In this document: in pieces, positions 9,569 through 18,939 of the stretch | Layout: each line of letters starts with the position of its first letter | Numbering within the stretch: the stretch's first letter is position 1 | IMG/VR virus record: IMGVR_UViG_2864522212_000004 | Location: 1-64,000 of that record | Length of the DNA: 64,000 bases | Origin: a virus | Taxonomy: Duplodnaviria; Caudoviricetes | Strand: one strand, 5' to 3' | The notes under the pieces: generated by a model | Database searches by the model: none | Told to the model about the DNA's origin: nothing | The model's input: the letters and a program-made list of their open reading frames with translations, nothing else | Position numbers and translations under genes: made by a program

Positions 9569-12500
9569 CTACCAGTCGACTTCTTCGATGTCGTCCCCGT
9601 CTTCGGAATCGGCATCGTTGTTGTCTGGGTGGTGGAGCATGTCGTGGAGTTCGTCCATGTCGTTGATTTCCTCGCCGGCTGTCTGTGGATCCGTTCCTTG
9701 GCTGAGCAGCTTGGAAAGTTCGTCTTCGGACACTTCGCCGTAGGTTTCCGCTTCGGATGGCATGAACCGCGAATAGTCGATGGGTTGCGGGGGAGTGCGG
9801 TCGGCGAACAGTTCCGCCAACTTTTCTTGGCCTCCCGACCACCATGTTTGGACGGCCAGCAGTTCGCCTTGCGCGGTTTCGAAGATTCCGCGGCCCTGCG
9901 GGATTTTCCCGCCTTCGCCCTTCAACGACTGTTGGAGCCGGTTCGCCTCTCTGAGGTTCTGCGCGCTGATGATGCCCGCCGTGGAGTCCATGCCCAGAAG
10001 GATTCGGCCGAGCGAACGGAAGAACGCGTTCGCGTTGTACGGCTTCATGTCATCCATGGTCAGACGCTGGGCGCCGAGGATGACGCTGATGCCTGCGGTA
10101 CGCCCCTGCACGACGATTTTGCCGAGAGCGCTCATGGTGCGTCGTATCGAATTGTTCGTCGCGCTGACGGCCGCATTGTCGTTGGCCAGCTGGATGTCCC
10201 TGTTCGGGTTCTGCGTGGTCTTGCCGGCCTCTTGCAGGTAGCTGTTGAATTCGTCGAACACGATGTCGATGGGTTTCGTGTGGGCAAGCTCTTCCTCATT
10301 GAGCTGGCTTTTGTCGAGATCGTAGATGCTGCCGACACCATACCGGCTGAACAGTTTCACCCGTTGTGCCATCTCGTCGCGCAGCCAGGCGATGACGGCT
10401 TCGGTCTCACGCATCTGCCCCAAGCCGACGAACGCCAACGCCAACGGTTTCGCCCATTGAGTGAAGTCGATGCAACCCTTGGATGGGTCGATGAGGATGA
10501 TGTCATGGCCTTTGAGCAGCGCTTCGGCGACCACGATCTGCGCGATGGAGGATTTACCGGTTCCGGATTTTCCGCTGATGAGCAGGTGGAACGTGTCCTT
10601 CATGCTCCAGTAGACCGGTTTGCCCATATCGTCCACGCCCAACGGGAACATGCGTGGTTTCGACTGGCGGGCGAAATCCCAGTCCGCGTTGACCATGGTG
10701 GGGAACGGGCTGCGTTTCGCCAGCACCATGTCGTACAGGTTCGAACCGTGTTCCTCGCCGCGCGGGAGGATACGCCCGTAGGCGTAGTCTGCGCTGGTCA
10801 GGAATTTGCCGATGTTCCGTGAGGGCTTGTCCACGTCCAACCCGGCCGGAATCTGGAATCGTGCCAACAACACGTCATGGTTGCTGGGCAACGCGCCGAG
10901 GCTGACCACATCGGGGGTGCGCCCGCTGGGATCGCTGACTCCGGCCACGCCCCACGAGTCGCTTAAGGCGAGTTCGATGAGATGCTTTTGCTTTGATCTG
11001 CGATTCCAGTGGCTGATGTCCCTGACATCCAGGCACGGGTCGTCGCACAGCCATACGGTCGCGCTGTCGGCTGACCGCCATTCCCAGTAAATATGTTTCG
11101 CCCCGACCGACGATTGGATTCTGGCGGACTGTTTGCGGGCGTCTTCCACGGTCGCGCCGTTGCCTAATTGGAATTGGATGCTCCAAATCGGCTTGTCTTT
11201 GCTTTGCGGAGTGCAGGCCGTGATGTTCACGGACGCTTTTGCGGGAAGCACGTCGATGAGGGTTTTGAATATCAGCGCTTCCGCATATTTGCGGTGCAGG
11301 GGGGTGTTGCCGGTCAGCTGGTCGATGCGTACGGGCGCGCTTCCGGTGGACCAGATCAGTCCGGCCATGTCGGAGCCTTCGTCCACGAGTCCGATGAACC
11401 GTGCCTCCGGCTGCAATGGGCCAAGGTCGCAACGCTCGTAGTCGGCCGGCGTGGCTGGTGCGGTGAGTACCAATGGCAGGTAATGCAGTTGCCAGCCGTC
11501 GCAGTCCTGGGTTTTCTCATAGTCGTAGATGGGTGCCGGTGGATTGAGTTTCGACGGGAGGCATTTGACCCAAGCGGACTGGTCGCTTTTGAACCGTTTG
11601 GAAATGGTGATGTAATCGTCAAAGGCTTTCTTGTGGGTCATGCCGTCCGGCCGCCACTTGTTGCCCTTGTCGGATAGTTTCGCATCGTCGAATGCGACCA
11701 GGTGGAACTTGTCCTGCAGGTCGGCGAACACCGGCATCCGCAGAGTCTCGGCAGGCGATCCTTCTCCCTCCAGCCAGTCGAAGCTGATGCGGTCGATGGA
11801 ATCCCCGCCCTGCGGTGGGGTGATGATCTCCAACAGCCAGGCGGCTTTACTGTCGTCGGCGCTCACATCATGAGCCAACGTCAACGGGGCGCGTTTATGC
11901 CAGATGAAAGCGGTTTGCGCATAGGCGATGTCGGCGACGAGAGAGGCAAGACCTTCGCCGGCCTTTCTCTCCGCGATGGAGGGGATGCAGGATTCGTCCA
12001 TGCCAAGCGCCAGACGGACACTGGACGGGTCGAACTGTTCCGCCCCTTTCTTCTTCTGCTTGGCGGACAGTAGACACACGAAACGGTATCCGTCCGCCAA
12101 TGCCGGCGCCCGCAACGCTTCCACGCCGAGCTTGAAAACTCCTTCGTTCGAGCGAGGCTTGCCGTCCGATCCCTGCAGACGAATCCGGTAGACGATCAGA
12201 GGATTATCCGAAGAACCGATTTTGTTGACCTGCGTCAGATAGGCTCCCGACCATGCCTTCTGCAAATCGTCCCCGGCAAGCCAGCCGTCAAGCAGCTGTT
12301 GCCCTTCGACCAGCTCACGCCAGTATCGGGACTGCGGTTTGCGCCCCAACAGCCAGACGAGTAGCAGGAACACGAACCCCGGAAGCGTCACAGCGCTCAG
12401 CCAGCTCATGTATCCCGCCAACACGAAAACCAGGACCCCGGCGAAAACCAGCAATGGCATGGAGACGGACAAAAGCCGCGCCCAGACGGGCGATTTGGTA

Positions 12501-12967
12501 AGGAACGCCGGAATACTGACGCCCTTGTAGACATGCCTACGGTCAACGCGCCGATTCCTGTAATGCGACCAGCCTTGGGCGAGCATGAAACCGAACAGGC
12601 CATCCACCAGGGCAATCCAGACGGCACCGTTCAATCCCAATAGCATGCCGGCCATCCAGCCCATCCACCAGGAAACACGTCGAATCTCCAGCCAATCCGC
12701 ATTCGGCATGAGACCGGCAAGCATGTCCTTCCAACGGTGGTAGACCATCATCTGTTTGTCGGATGGGGGATCCTTGCGACTGCCGGAAGCGTTGACCGGA
12801 TACTGTTGTGTGATTCCTCCGGCGAGCATGCCAAGCCAAAGGAACGGGACCAAGGGCAGGCGCCAAAAGAACCAGAGGATAATTCCAAAGACAAGAAACA
12901 GCGAAAACCAGACGCCACTCGATATAGGACGGGTCTGTGTTCTGCTCCTGCTGTTTCTGCTTGCCAT
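9569..12967 (-). CDS. Membrane-anchored FtsK/SpoIIIE ATPase (probable conjugative coupling protein/DNA translocase)
   Basis: N-terminal TM helices; FPLGVD..G, HLLISGKSGTGKS, ILIDPSK, IVFDEFN, QGRTAGI...AQR, GRG. Confidence 0.88.
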   Translation of the reverse strand: MASRNSRSRTQTRPISSGVWFSLFLVFGIILWFFWRLPLVPFLWLGMLAGGITQQYPVNASGSRKDPPSDKQMMVYHRWKDMLAGLMPNADWLEIRRVSWWMGWMAGMLLGLNGAVWIALVDGLFGFMLAQGWSHYRNRRVDRRHVYKGVSIPAFLTKSPVWARLLSVSMPLLVFAGVLVFVLAGYMSWLSAVTLPGFVFLLLVWLLGRKPQSRYWRELVEGQQLLDGWLAGDDLQKAWSGAYLTQVNKIGSSDNPLIVYRIRLQGSDGKPRSNEGVFKLGVEALRAPALADGYRFVCLLSAKQKKKGAEQFDPSSVRLALGMDESCIPSIAERKAGEGLASLVADIAYAQTAFIWHKRAPLTLAHDVSADDSKAAWLLEIITPPQGGDSIDRISFDWLEGEGSPAETLRMPVFADLQDKFHLVAFDDAKLSDKGNKWRPDGMTHKKAFDDYITISKRFKSDQSAWVKCLPSKLNPPAPIYDYEKTQDCDGWQLHYLPLVLTAPATPADYERCDLGPLQPEARFIGLVDEGSDMAGLIWSTGSAPVRIDQLTGNTPLHRKYAEALIFKTLIDVLPAKASVNITACTPQSKDKPIWSIQFQLGNGATVEDARKQSARIQSSVGAKHIYWEWRSADSATVWLCDDPCLDVRDISHWNRRSKQKHLIELALSDSWGVAGVSDPSGRTPDVVSLGALPSNHDVLLARFQIPAGLDVDKPSRNIGKFLTSADYAYGRILPRGEEHGSNLYDMVLAKRSPFPTMVNADWDFARQSKPRMFPLGVDDMGKPVYWSMKDTFHLLISGKSGTGKSSIAQIVVAEALLKGHDIILIDPSKGCIDFTQWAKPLALAFVGLGQMRETEAVIAWLRDEMAQRVKLFSRYGVGSIYDLDKSQLNEEELAHTKPIDIVFDEFNSYLQEAGKTTQNPNRDIQLANDNAAVSATNNSIRRTMSALGKIVVQGRTAGISVILGAQRLTMDDMKPYNANAFFRSLGRILLGMDSTAGIISAQNLREANRLQQSLKGEGGKIPQGRGIFETAQGELLAVQTWWSGGQEKLAELFADRTPPQPIDYSRFMPSEAETYGEVSEDELSKLLSQGTDPQTAGEEINDMDELHDMLHHPDNNDADSEDGDDIEEVDW

Positions 12968-12990
12968 GATTTTCAATCTATCTTCGAGTT

Positions 12991-13017
12991 TTGTTATTAA
13001 CCGAAGATTTATTGAAA
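12991..13017 (-). promoter_or_regulatory. Transfer-operon motif copy A
   Basis: TTGTTATTAACCGAAGATTTATTGAAA, 23/27 identical to 26360..26386, at the same distance from the start codon. Confidence 0.6.
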
Positions 13018-13154
13018 TTAACCGATATTGGAAAAAACGAGTACGGCAATCCTGTTCGTCCGAGGTTCAGTCTTTTTGTTTGCTCTGAGGTTCGCTGGCA
13101 AGCGAACCGACTGGATTCTTCTGTTCCGAGGTTGAAACAGGTGCAGGAGAGCGT

Positions 13155-13251
13155 TTGACGTCCTCCCCACGGTTTAAACCGGGGGATTCCTCCCACCCTG
13201 ACGGTGATTCCTCCCCACGCCTAAAGGCGGGGGCACCCTCACAGCAAAACG
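13155..13251 (-). mobile_element. 97-bp non-autonomous IS200/IS605 derivative (PATE-like, two hairpins)
   Basis: Left-end hairpin plus right-end hairpin GGAATCCCCCGGTTTAAACCGTGGGGAGGACGTCAA resembling the 43757..43791 right end. Confidence 0.75.
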
Positions 13252-13299
13252 GTAATATCACTTGTAATATCACTTGTAATATCACTTGTAATATCACTT
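13252..13299. repeat. 4 x 12-bp AT-rich tandem repeat (GTAATATCACTT), likely origin unwinding element
   Basis: Four perfect copies next to the iterons. Confidence 0.8.
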
Positions 13300-13346
13300 G
13301 GGGGTGCCTCTTAGCCCTACTGCCATAAGGGCTGAGAGGCCCTGTC

Positions 13347-13581
13347 GGTGTCAAAATTCTAAGCGAGGGTGTCAAAATTCTAAGAGTCGGTGTCAAAATT
13401 CTAAGCGAGGGTGTCAAAATTCTAAGGCTGTGACCGCTCTGATCGCAGGCAATCGAGGTATGGTTCGATGGCATTCGCAGAGATGGTGTCAGAATTCTAA
13501 GAAAGGTGTCAGAATTCTAAAACTGGTGTCCAAATTCTAAATTTGGTGTCAGAATTCTAAGAAAGGTGTCAGAATTCTAAG
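13347..13581. repeat. Iterons of the plasmid origin: 9 x GGTGTC(A/C)(A/G)AATTCTAA
   Basis: 4 copies at 21-bp period (13347-13426) and 5 copies at 20-bp period (13485-13581), immediately upstream of repA. Confidence 0.88.
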
Positions 13582-13675
13582 AAAAACGCGGTAAAATAAC
13601 GACGAAAAGAAAAAAAGATACCCGCACCGTTCGTACCGGCCGGGTATCTGGCAATCGCTGAAACGGAGCGACCAC

Positions 13676-14725
13676 ATGACCAATAATAACGCCATCACCA
13701 CAACGAAAATGAACACGGGCGCACCACCTCTCATGGCGAAACTCTCCCTCTTCCCCGTGTCAAAACCAGGCGCATCCTACATAGAGAGAACAAACGGGCG
13801 AGAAACCGTGCGCATAACCCCCAGCCGACCCGAAGAATGGGTCTACGGGAAAACCCCGCGACTAATCTTCCTCTACGTGCAGTCCATGATTCGCATGAAG
13901 AACAATCCCGACGTGGATCAGGACACCCACACTGTTGTCTTTCGTGGCAGCTTCCAGGAATTCTGCGACAACACCGGGATCTCGAACCATTCCGGCTGTC
14001 AGAAGGAGACGGAGGACATGCTGATGAACTTGGCGCGAACATCGATCTCCATCATGAACACCGACGAGAATCGCGAGAACAAGGGCGAATGCACGCCGTT
14101 CACCGTCGCCAGAAAAGGTCGGACGCAGTTCAGGCCGGAACAGGACATCATCGCGTCAATCCAGTTCACCGACGAGATGTGGGCCGAACTGGCGAAGCCG
14201 AGCGTCCCGCTCAGCATGGATATCATCTCGCGTCTGGGAAAATCAGCAAGGGCGCTGGACGTCTATATATGGTTGACATACCGCACATACCGGCTCGACC
14301 ACGTCGCCTACGTTTCATGGCGTCAACTGTATGACCAGTTCGAGGGCACCGGCCTGCCGTTGAAGGACTTCCGGCGCAGGTTCAAGCAGGCGTTGTCGAA
14401 TGTCTTGGAGGCGGCTCCGAATTTGAAGGCCGAACCGTTCAGGCATGGGATCAAGTATTATCCTCGCACCGATGCTCCGATTCGACCGGTCAAGCAGAAC
14501 GAGACCGGGGATATGCCGCTTGAGGCCGAGGTGGTGGACGAGGGCAAGGGGGCTGCGCGTCACTCGCATTCCGCCGACTGCGAGCATGTTCGGAGGCTGA
14601 TGTCCGATTGGATGGGCGGCATGTTTATTGGTGTTGAGGCTGATCGTGTCGCTTCTCGTTTGGCTGGGTTGTTGGATTCCGGGTTGTCTGGTGAGGATGC
14701 TGTGTCTCGGGTTTTGTTGGGTTGA
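13676..14725 (+). CDS. repA: Plasmid replication initiator (RepA_C family)
   Basis: YGKTPRLIFLY, SVPL...LGKSARALDVYIWLTYR, VSWRQLYDQF, FRRRFKQAL; adjacent iterons. Confidence 0.85.
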   Translation: MTNNNAITTTKMNTGAPPLMAKLSLFPVSKPGASYIERTNGRETVRITPSRPEEWVYGKTPRLIFLYVQSMIRMKNNPDVDQDTHTVVFRGSFQEFCDNTGISNHSGCQKETEDMLMNLARTSISIMNTDENRENKGECTPFTVARKGRTQFRPEQDIIASIQFTDEMWAELAKPSVPLSMDIISRLGKSARALDVYIWLTYRTYRLDHVAYVSWRQLYDQFEGTGLPLKDFRRRFKQALSNVLEAAPNLKAEPFRHGIKYYPRTDAPIRPVKQNETGDMPLEAEVVDEGKGAARHSHSADCEHVRRLMSDWMGGMFIGVEADRVASRLAGLLDSGLSGEDAVSRVLLG

Positions 14726-14789
14726 CACACCGATTCGCTAATGTATCGCAAAAGATATAATATAGGTATATTAGCGAAAGGAAGCCATC

Positions 14790-15665
14790 ATGAAAACCCT
14801 CGACGAGATGATCAGGGAATACCGGATCGAACTGTACAAAGCCTGCGACGGCCGTATAGGACTCCAAGCATGGAAATACAAAGGCAAGCCAGGTGCCGAA
14901 GAAGAGATTCGCGCCAACAAGGACGCCTTGGTAGCCGAACTCGTACGTCGAGAACGGAAGCGGAAAACAAACGAGGAACGCAAACACCGCGAACATATCC
15001 TCAATCTGCAGAAGGAATACCCGGTCAACCTGCCCGACCTCAACGTGGGTGACCTGGTCGCGTGGTATGACCAGCGAATGCCGTTCAGCTATGGGATCAG
15101 GCGCGCCGACTCCATCTGCACAGGCGAGGCATTCGACTGGGATCCGGAATACGTGATTATCCTGAGCTTGGACCACGGGGAATCGCTGGCCGAAGAACTA
15201 AGCGTGGAATGCTGGCAGCTTGACGCATTCCAGGCTGGCGAACCACTGGGGCTGGGACATGATGATTACGAGTTGCAAATGCACAAGGTCATTCGCGACT
15301 GGATCGAAGCGCACAAGGAACGTCGAATTTCCGCAAGCCACCCCACCACCACCTACTATCACATCGAACGCGACGAGGCGATTGCACTGGCAGGCAAGGT
15401 ACGTGAGGCCGTCGCAGTGAAAGCCCAAAGCATTCTCGACAACAACATCAAACGCCATATCGATGTCATCAGCCGATACAACCACCAAAACGAGAAACCG
15501 CTGACCGAAGCCGAGGCCCGCAAGCTTTGGAAGCGCGACAACGATATGTACAACGAGGGTGGCTCCGGATACGTATACGACTATGTGAGCCGCGAACGGG
15601 CCGAGGAATGCGTGGCTTGGCTGCAGGAGCATGATGTGACCGATATTCCGGCCATCAAGGATTGA
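14790..15665 (+). CDS. Hypothetical protein
   Basis: 291-aa ORF, AAAGGAAG RBS, TATAAT upstream. Confidence 0.7.
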   Translation: MKTLDEMIREYRIELYKACDGRIGLQAWKYKGKPGAEEEIRANKDALVAELVRRERKRKTNEERKHREHILNLQKEYPVNLPDLNVGDLVAWYDQRMPFSYGIRRADSICTGEAFDWDPEYVIILSLDHGESLAEELSVECWQLDAFQAGEPLGLGHDDYELQMHKVIRDWIEAHKERRISASHPTTTYYHIERDEAIALAGKVREAVAVKAQSILDNNIKRHIDVISRYNHQNEKPLTEAEARKLWKRDNDMYNEGGSGYVYDYVSRERAEECVAWLQEHDVTDIPAIKD

Positions 15666-15679
15666 AAGGCAGAGGAAAG

Positions 15680-16366
15680 ATGAGCCAGTACATCACGGTC
15701 AACGAATACGCCGCCCTCCACCACAAGCAGCCCGTCAGCGTGAGAAAACTCGCTCAACGAGGTTCCCTGAAAAGCGCCAAGAAAATCGGCGGCGTCTGGC
15801 TGATTGACAAGGAGGAGCAGTATCCCGACCATCGGCGCAGCGGAAGCGTCAAATCGTTCGAAATGGTTCGTGGCATGTACCTCGTGGATGAAATCGCCTA
15901 CGTTGAGGGACTGCCATCCACCTATGTGCGGATAGGCGACCAATGGTGCAAGAAGGACGTGTTCAGGCGCCAGTTGGACAAGACCAATCCGGAACCGACG
16001 CCGGTGCCGTATGATCCGTTCGCGGGGGAGGACTCGGAACGCAAGATGAATGCCGGCTGGTTCGAGGCAGCCCAGAATTTCGGATGTTTGCCGCGTGACA
16101 CGGATTTCGTGCGCAAGGAGCTTAAGCGTGCGGCGACCCCGGACGAGCTTGCCGCTGTCGCGGCGAAGTTCGATGCGGTCAAGAAAAGCGAGCGTACGAA
16201 CGTGCTCGGCAGGTTCTATGGGCCCGAATACGAGTACACGGTTCGTGAAGCGGTGCTTGAGTTGCCTGATGGGGTTAACGCGATGTCCGTCGAGCATGAG
16301 TTTCGTCGGATGGGTATCGAAGCAGATAATTACGCTCCGGGAGTTGTCGCCGTGCGTATCGGATAA
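15680..16366 (+). CDS. Protein with N-terminal excisionase-like HTH
   Basis: YITVNEYAAL...VRKLAQRGSLKSAKKIGGVWLI. Confidence 0.65.
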   Translation: MSQYITVNEYAALHHKQPVSVRKLAQRGSLKSAKKIGGVWLIDKEEQYPDHRRSGSVKSFEMVRGMYLVDEIAYVEGLPSTYVRIGDQWCKKDVFRRQLDKTNPEPTPVPYDPFAGEDSERKMNAGWFEAAQNFGCLPRDTDFVRKELKRAATPDELAAVAAKFDAVKKSERTNVLGRFYGPEYEYTVREAVLELPDGVNAMSVEHEFRRMGIEADNYAPGVVAVRIG

Positions 16367-16397
16367 TCGTATTACGAAAATATGTTACGATATAGTC

Positions 16398-16613
16398 ATG
16401 GGAACAGCAGAAAAACTAGAAGCCACAGACATTCGACCTGGAAGACCTCGACTCGGAGGATACGACGAAGCCACCGCCATCATCAACTTCAAAGTCCCCG
16501 CATCTTGGAAGACCGCGATGGCCCAAGAAGCTAAAAGTCGAAATCAAAACCTGTCCGATTATCTAAGGGAAGTCACATCACTTGGATATTCGGCGATGCA
16601 CGCCGGAGAGTAA
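16398..16613 (+). CDS. Ribbon-helix-helix DNA-binding protein
   Basis: GRPRLG...IINFKVP...AQEAKSRNQNLSDYLRE. Confidence 0.65.
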   Translation: MGTAEKLEATDIRPGRPRLGGYDEATAIINFKVPASWKTAMAQEAKSRNQNLSDYLREVTSLGYSAMHAGE

Positions 16614-16634
16614 TAAGAGCATTAGGGGAGCACC

Positions 16635-16943
16635 ATGGATGAGAAACCCATATACGAAAAATGGCATATCGGTGACGAGTATAGAAAACTCGTCAAGGGA
16701 GCTCTGGTAAATCATCATCGATATGATCGATTCATCGAGTCTCCTATGCGTATGCGAGAAGTTATGCACGAGTTCATGGCAAACCGTTCCATCTCTGAAG
16801 TCGCCCATGATGCCGGCGTGAACGAAACCGTCGTGCAGAAGCTTATCGATGATGGCATGGCCCCATATCCAGACACCAGGCGAGTAATGAAAGCCTTAAA
16901 TATTCATGCGACAGCTTTGCCGGCGGAATGCGTGACAGCTTGA
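16635..16943 (+). CDS. HTH antitoxin (HipB-like)
   Basis: SISEVAHDAGVNETVVQKL HTH; overlaps hipA. Confidence 0.6.
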   Translation: MDEKPIYEKWHIGDEYRKLVKGALVNHHRYDRFIESPMRMREVMHEFMANRSISEVAHDAGVNETVVQKLIDDGMAPYPDTRRVMKALNIHATALPAECVTA

Positions 16944-18238
16944 AGAGGGGCGACAGACTTAATGTCTGGATGAACGGCCGGCATGTTGGCGTATTCGCGG
17001 CGCTCAAGAATGGCGTCGGCTTCGAATATGATCCGGATGCGCCGCGAATCAGCTTCAGCCTGCCGAAAGACGGCAGCTGGAGAAAGGACGCTCCGGAAAA
17101 TTTCCTGCTCAACCTGCTTCCTGAATCCGGTGCGGCAAAATATGCCATGATGCAGTCCATTGGAGCGAAATCCCAGGAACCATTTGATTTGCTCGACAAT
17201 GTGGACTCCGCTGGCGCCCTAGTATTCTCCCGTAGCGACGAACAACCGTCGCTATCCTCCGCTTCTGTAGTGGAGGCGACGGATTCGGACATAGCGGCAA
17301 GAATAACGGCAGTCAGACATTCTCCGGACTCATGGTTCTTCAAAGACAAGGATGCGCGATTCTCTCTTGCTGGAGCTCAAGGCAAGTTCACGCTCTCGCG
17401 CTTCGATGATGGCTGGGTATGGCCTAACGGTGTCATACCTTCCACGCACATTCTGAAGCCGTCGAGTTTCCACGATTCCGATGATGTTGAGCATGCGACT
17501 ATGCTGCTCTCTAAAATGGTTGGGATTGAAACCCCGGAGTCGGATATCCAGGAATTCAACGGCCAGCAGACTTATATTGTGGAACGGTTCGATCGTCGTA
17601 TCGAGAATGGTATGCCGGTTCGTCTGCCGATGGAGGATATGGTGCAGGCATTGGGCCTACCATCATCCGAGAAGTACAAGGTGAGTGCCGTCGATACGCT
17701 GACCACCCTACGGAAGATGGATTCGTCCGGCAGACTGGGGGAGGAGTGGCTGCGACGATTGGCCTTCAACGTGGCTGTCGATAATTGCGATGCGCATGCC
17801 CGTAACTATTCTGTCATGCCCACTTCGCCTGACGGTGAATCCTGGAAGTTGAGTCCCGCATATGATGTGATGACCACGACGGTATGGCCGGGGTTGACGG
17901 ACAAGCTCGCGATGCCGTTCTCTGGCGCGGAGCATGCCAGTGAAGTGACGCCGGACCATTATGCGAGGTTGGCCGATTATTGTGGATTCGATCCTGATGT
18001 CGCACGAGACGAGGCTATCCGCATCAGCGACTTGGTCCGGTTGAATGCGCGTACTGCCTATATGGATCTGGAGCCGGAACTACGAGACAAATTGCTAGAC
18101 AAGATTCGTGTCGCGAACAGTGACATGCCAAGCCCGCAACGCTTCATCCTGCCCGACAACGGCATGGTGCATGTCGTCTCCCATGATCGCGATGGGCATC
18201 CGGTGCATGACTATTGGCGGCGCAAACCATCCAGATAG
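16928..18238 (+). CDS. hipA: HipA-family kinase toxin
   Basis: SLAGAQGKF, PSTHILKP, YIVERFDR, DNCDAHARNYS, LSPAYD. Confidence 0.92.
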   Translation: MRDSLKRGDRLNVWMNGRHVGVFAALKNGVGFEYDPDAPRISFSLPKDGSWRKDAPENFLLNLLPESGAAKYAMMQSIGAKSQEPFDLLDNVDSAGALVFSRSDEQPSLSSASVVEATDSDIAARITAVRHSPDSWFFKDKDARFSLAGAQGKFTLSRFDDGWVWPNGVIPSTHILKPSSFHDSDDVEHATMLLSKMVGIETPESDIQEFNGQQTYIVERFDRRIENGMPVRLPMEDMVQALGLPSSEKYKVSAVDTLTTLRKMDSSGRLGEEWLRRLAFNVAVDNCDAHARNYSVMPTSPDGESWKLSPAYDVMTTTVWPGLTDKLAMPFSGAEHASEVTPDHYARLADYCGFDPDVARDEAIRISDLVRLNARTAYMDLEPELRDKLLDKIRVANSDMPSPQRFILPDNGMVHVVSHDRDGHPVHDYWRRKPSR

Positions 18239-18348
18239 GACAATGCGGCCACTGCTGGTGTTGATTTGCTTGTCGGTGAATTCTGTCACAGAATAAGGTC
18301 AGGCAAACGAAGCAATGCAACTGCATATAACAGAACGCTGAGCATGGA

Positions 18349-18816
18349 TTGGAGGTGGTCGCAATGCTTACCTTGCTGGCAATGATTGGACTTTTTCTTC
18401 TCGTTCTTGGATTGGTGATAGTCCTGTTGATGGGAATGTTCTTCAGCAGCGACATGGGCGGCATATTCGTGAACGTGTTCAACTATGCGACTTCCACTGG
18501 GATCGCTGATCTGGTGACCGTTGGGGTCATGCTCATCATCCTGTTTGCGGCTTTCGCGGTACAAGCCGTTATCTGGTTCTTCGTCACCGAGAGGATGTTG
18601 GATTCTGCGCTCCCGCTGATCGTCCAAATGATCATCGAACTGATTGTTTTCATCCCGATTCCTGCGTTCTTCTTCATGGCTTGGGGCTTGGAGTATCGTT
18701 GGGCTGGTGTCCTATGTGTTCTTATCTTCGCATTGCCGGCCGTGTACGACCTGGGTTCGAACGTGTACATCAAACTTGAGGAGATCAAGGAAAACAAGAA
18801 CTCGAAGGTTGATTGA
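18349..18816 (+). CDS. Four-TM membrane protein
   Basis: Strongly hydrophobic ORF; exact start uncertain. Confidence 0.65.
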   Translation: MEVVAMLTLLAMIGLFLLVLGLVIVLLMGMFFSSDMGGIFVNVFNYATSTGIADLVTVGVMLIILFAAFAVQAVIWFFVTERMLDSALPLIVQMIIELIVFIPIPAFFFMAWGLEYRWAGVLCVLIFALPAVYDLGSNVYIKLEEIKENKNSKVD

Positions 18817-18850
18817 TACTTCGCCCGAAAAACCTTTCTCTCAGTGGACA

Positions 18851-18883
18851 GAATGCCTCCGATTCGGATAATCGGAGGCATTC
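18851..18883 (+). terminator. Hairpin, probable terminator
   Basis: GAATGCCTCCGATT-CGGAT-AATCGGAGGCATTC. Confidence 0.55.
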
Positions 18884-18939
18884 GCTTTCCTGGGAAGGAT
18901 ACGCTGGAACCACACGTTTTTTTGGATTAGGAGTCGAGG

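Noticed and set aside
6988-12967. Bona fide type VII secretion system
   Set aside because: No WXG100, EccB/D or mycosin genes in the window; kept only as an analogy.
13347-13581. CRISPR-like repeat array
   Set aside because: Repeats are ~17 bp with only 3-4 bp between them, there are no unique spacers or cas genes, and repA is adjacent: these are iterons.
13067-13734. ORFs with LRILTP / VILQ repeats
   Set aside because: Translations of the iterons and 12-mers, not real genes.
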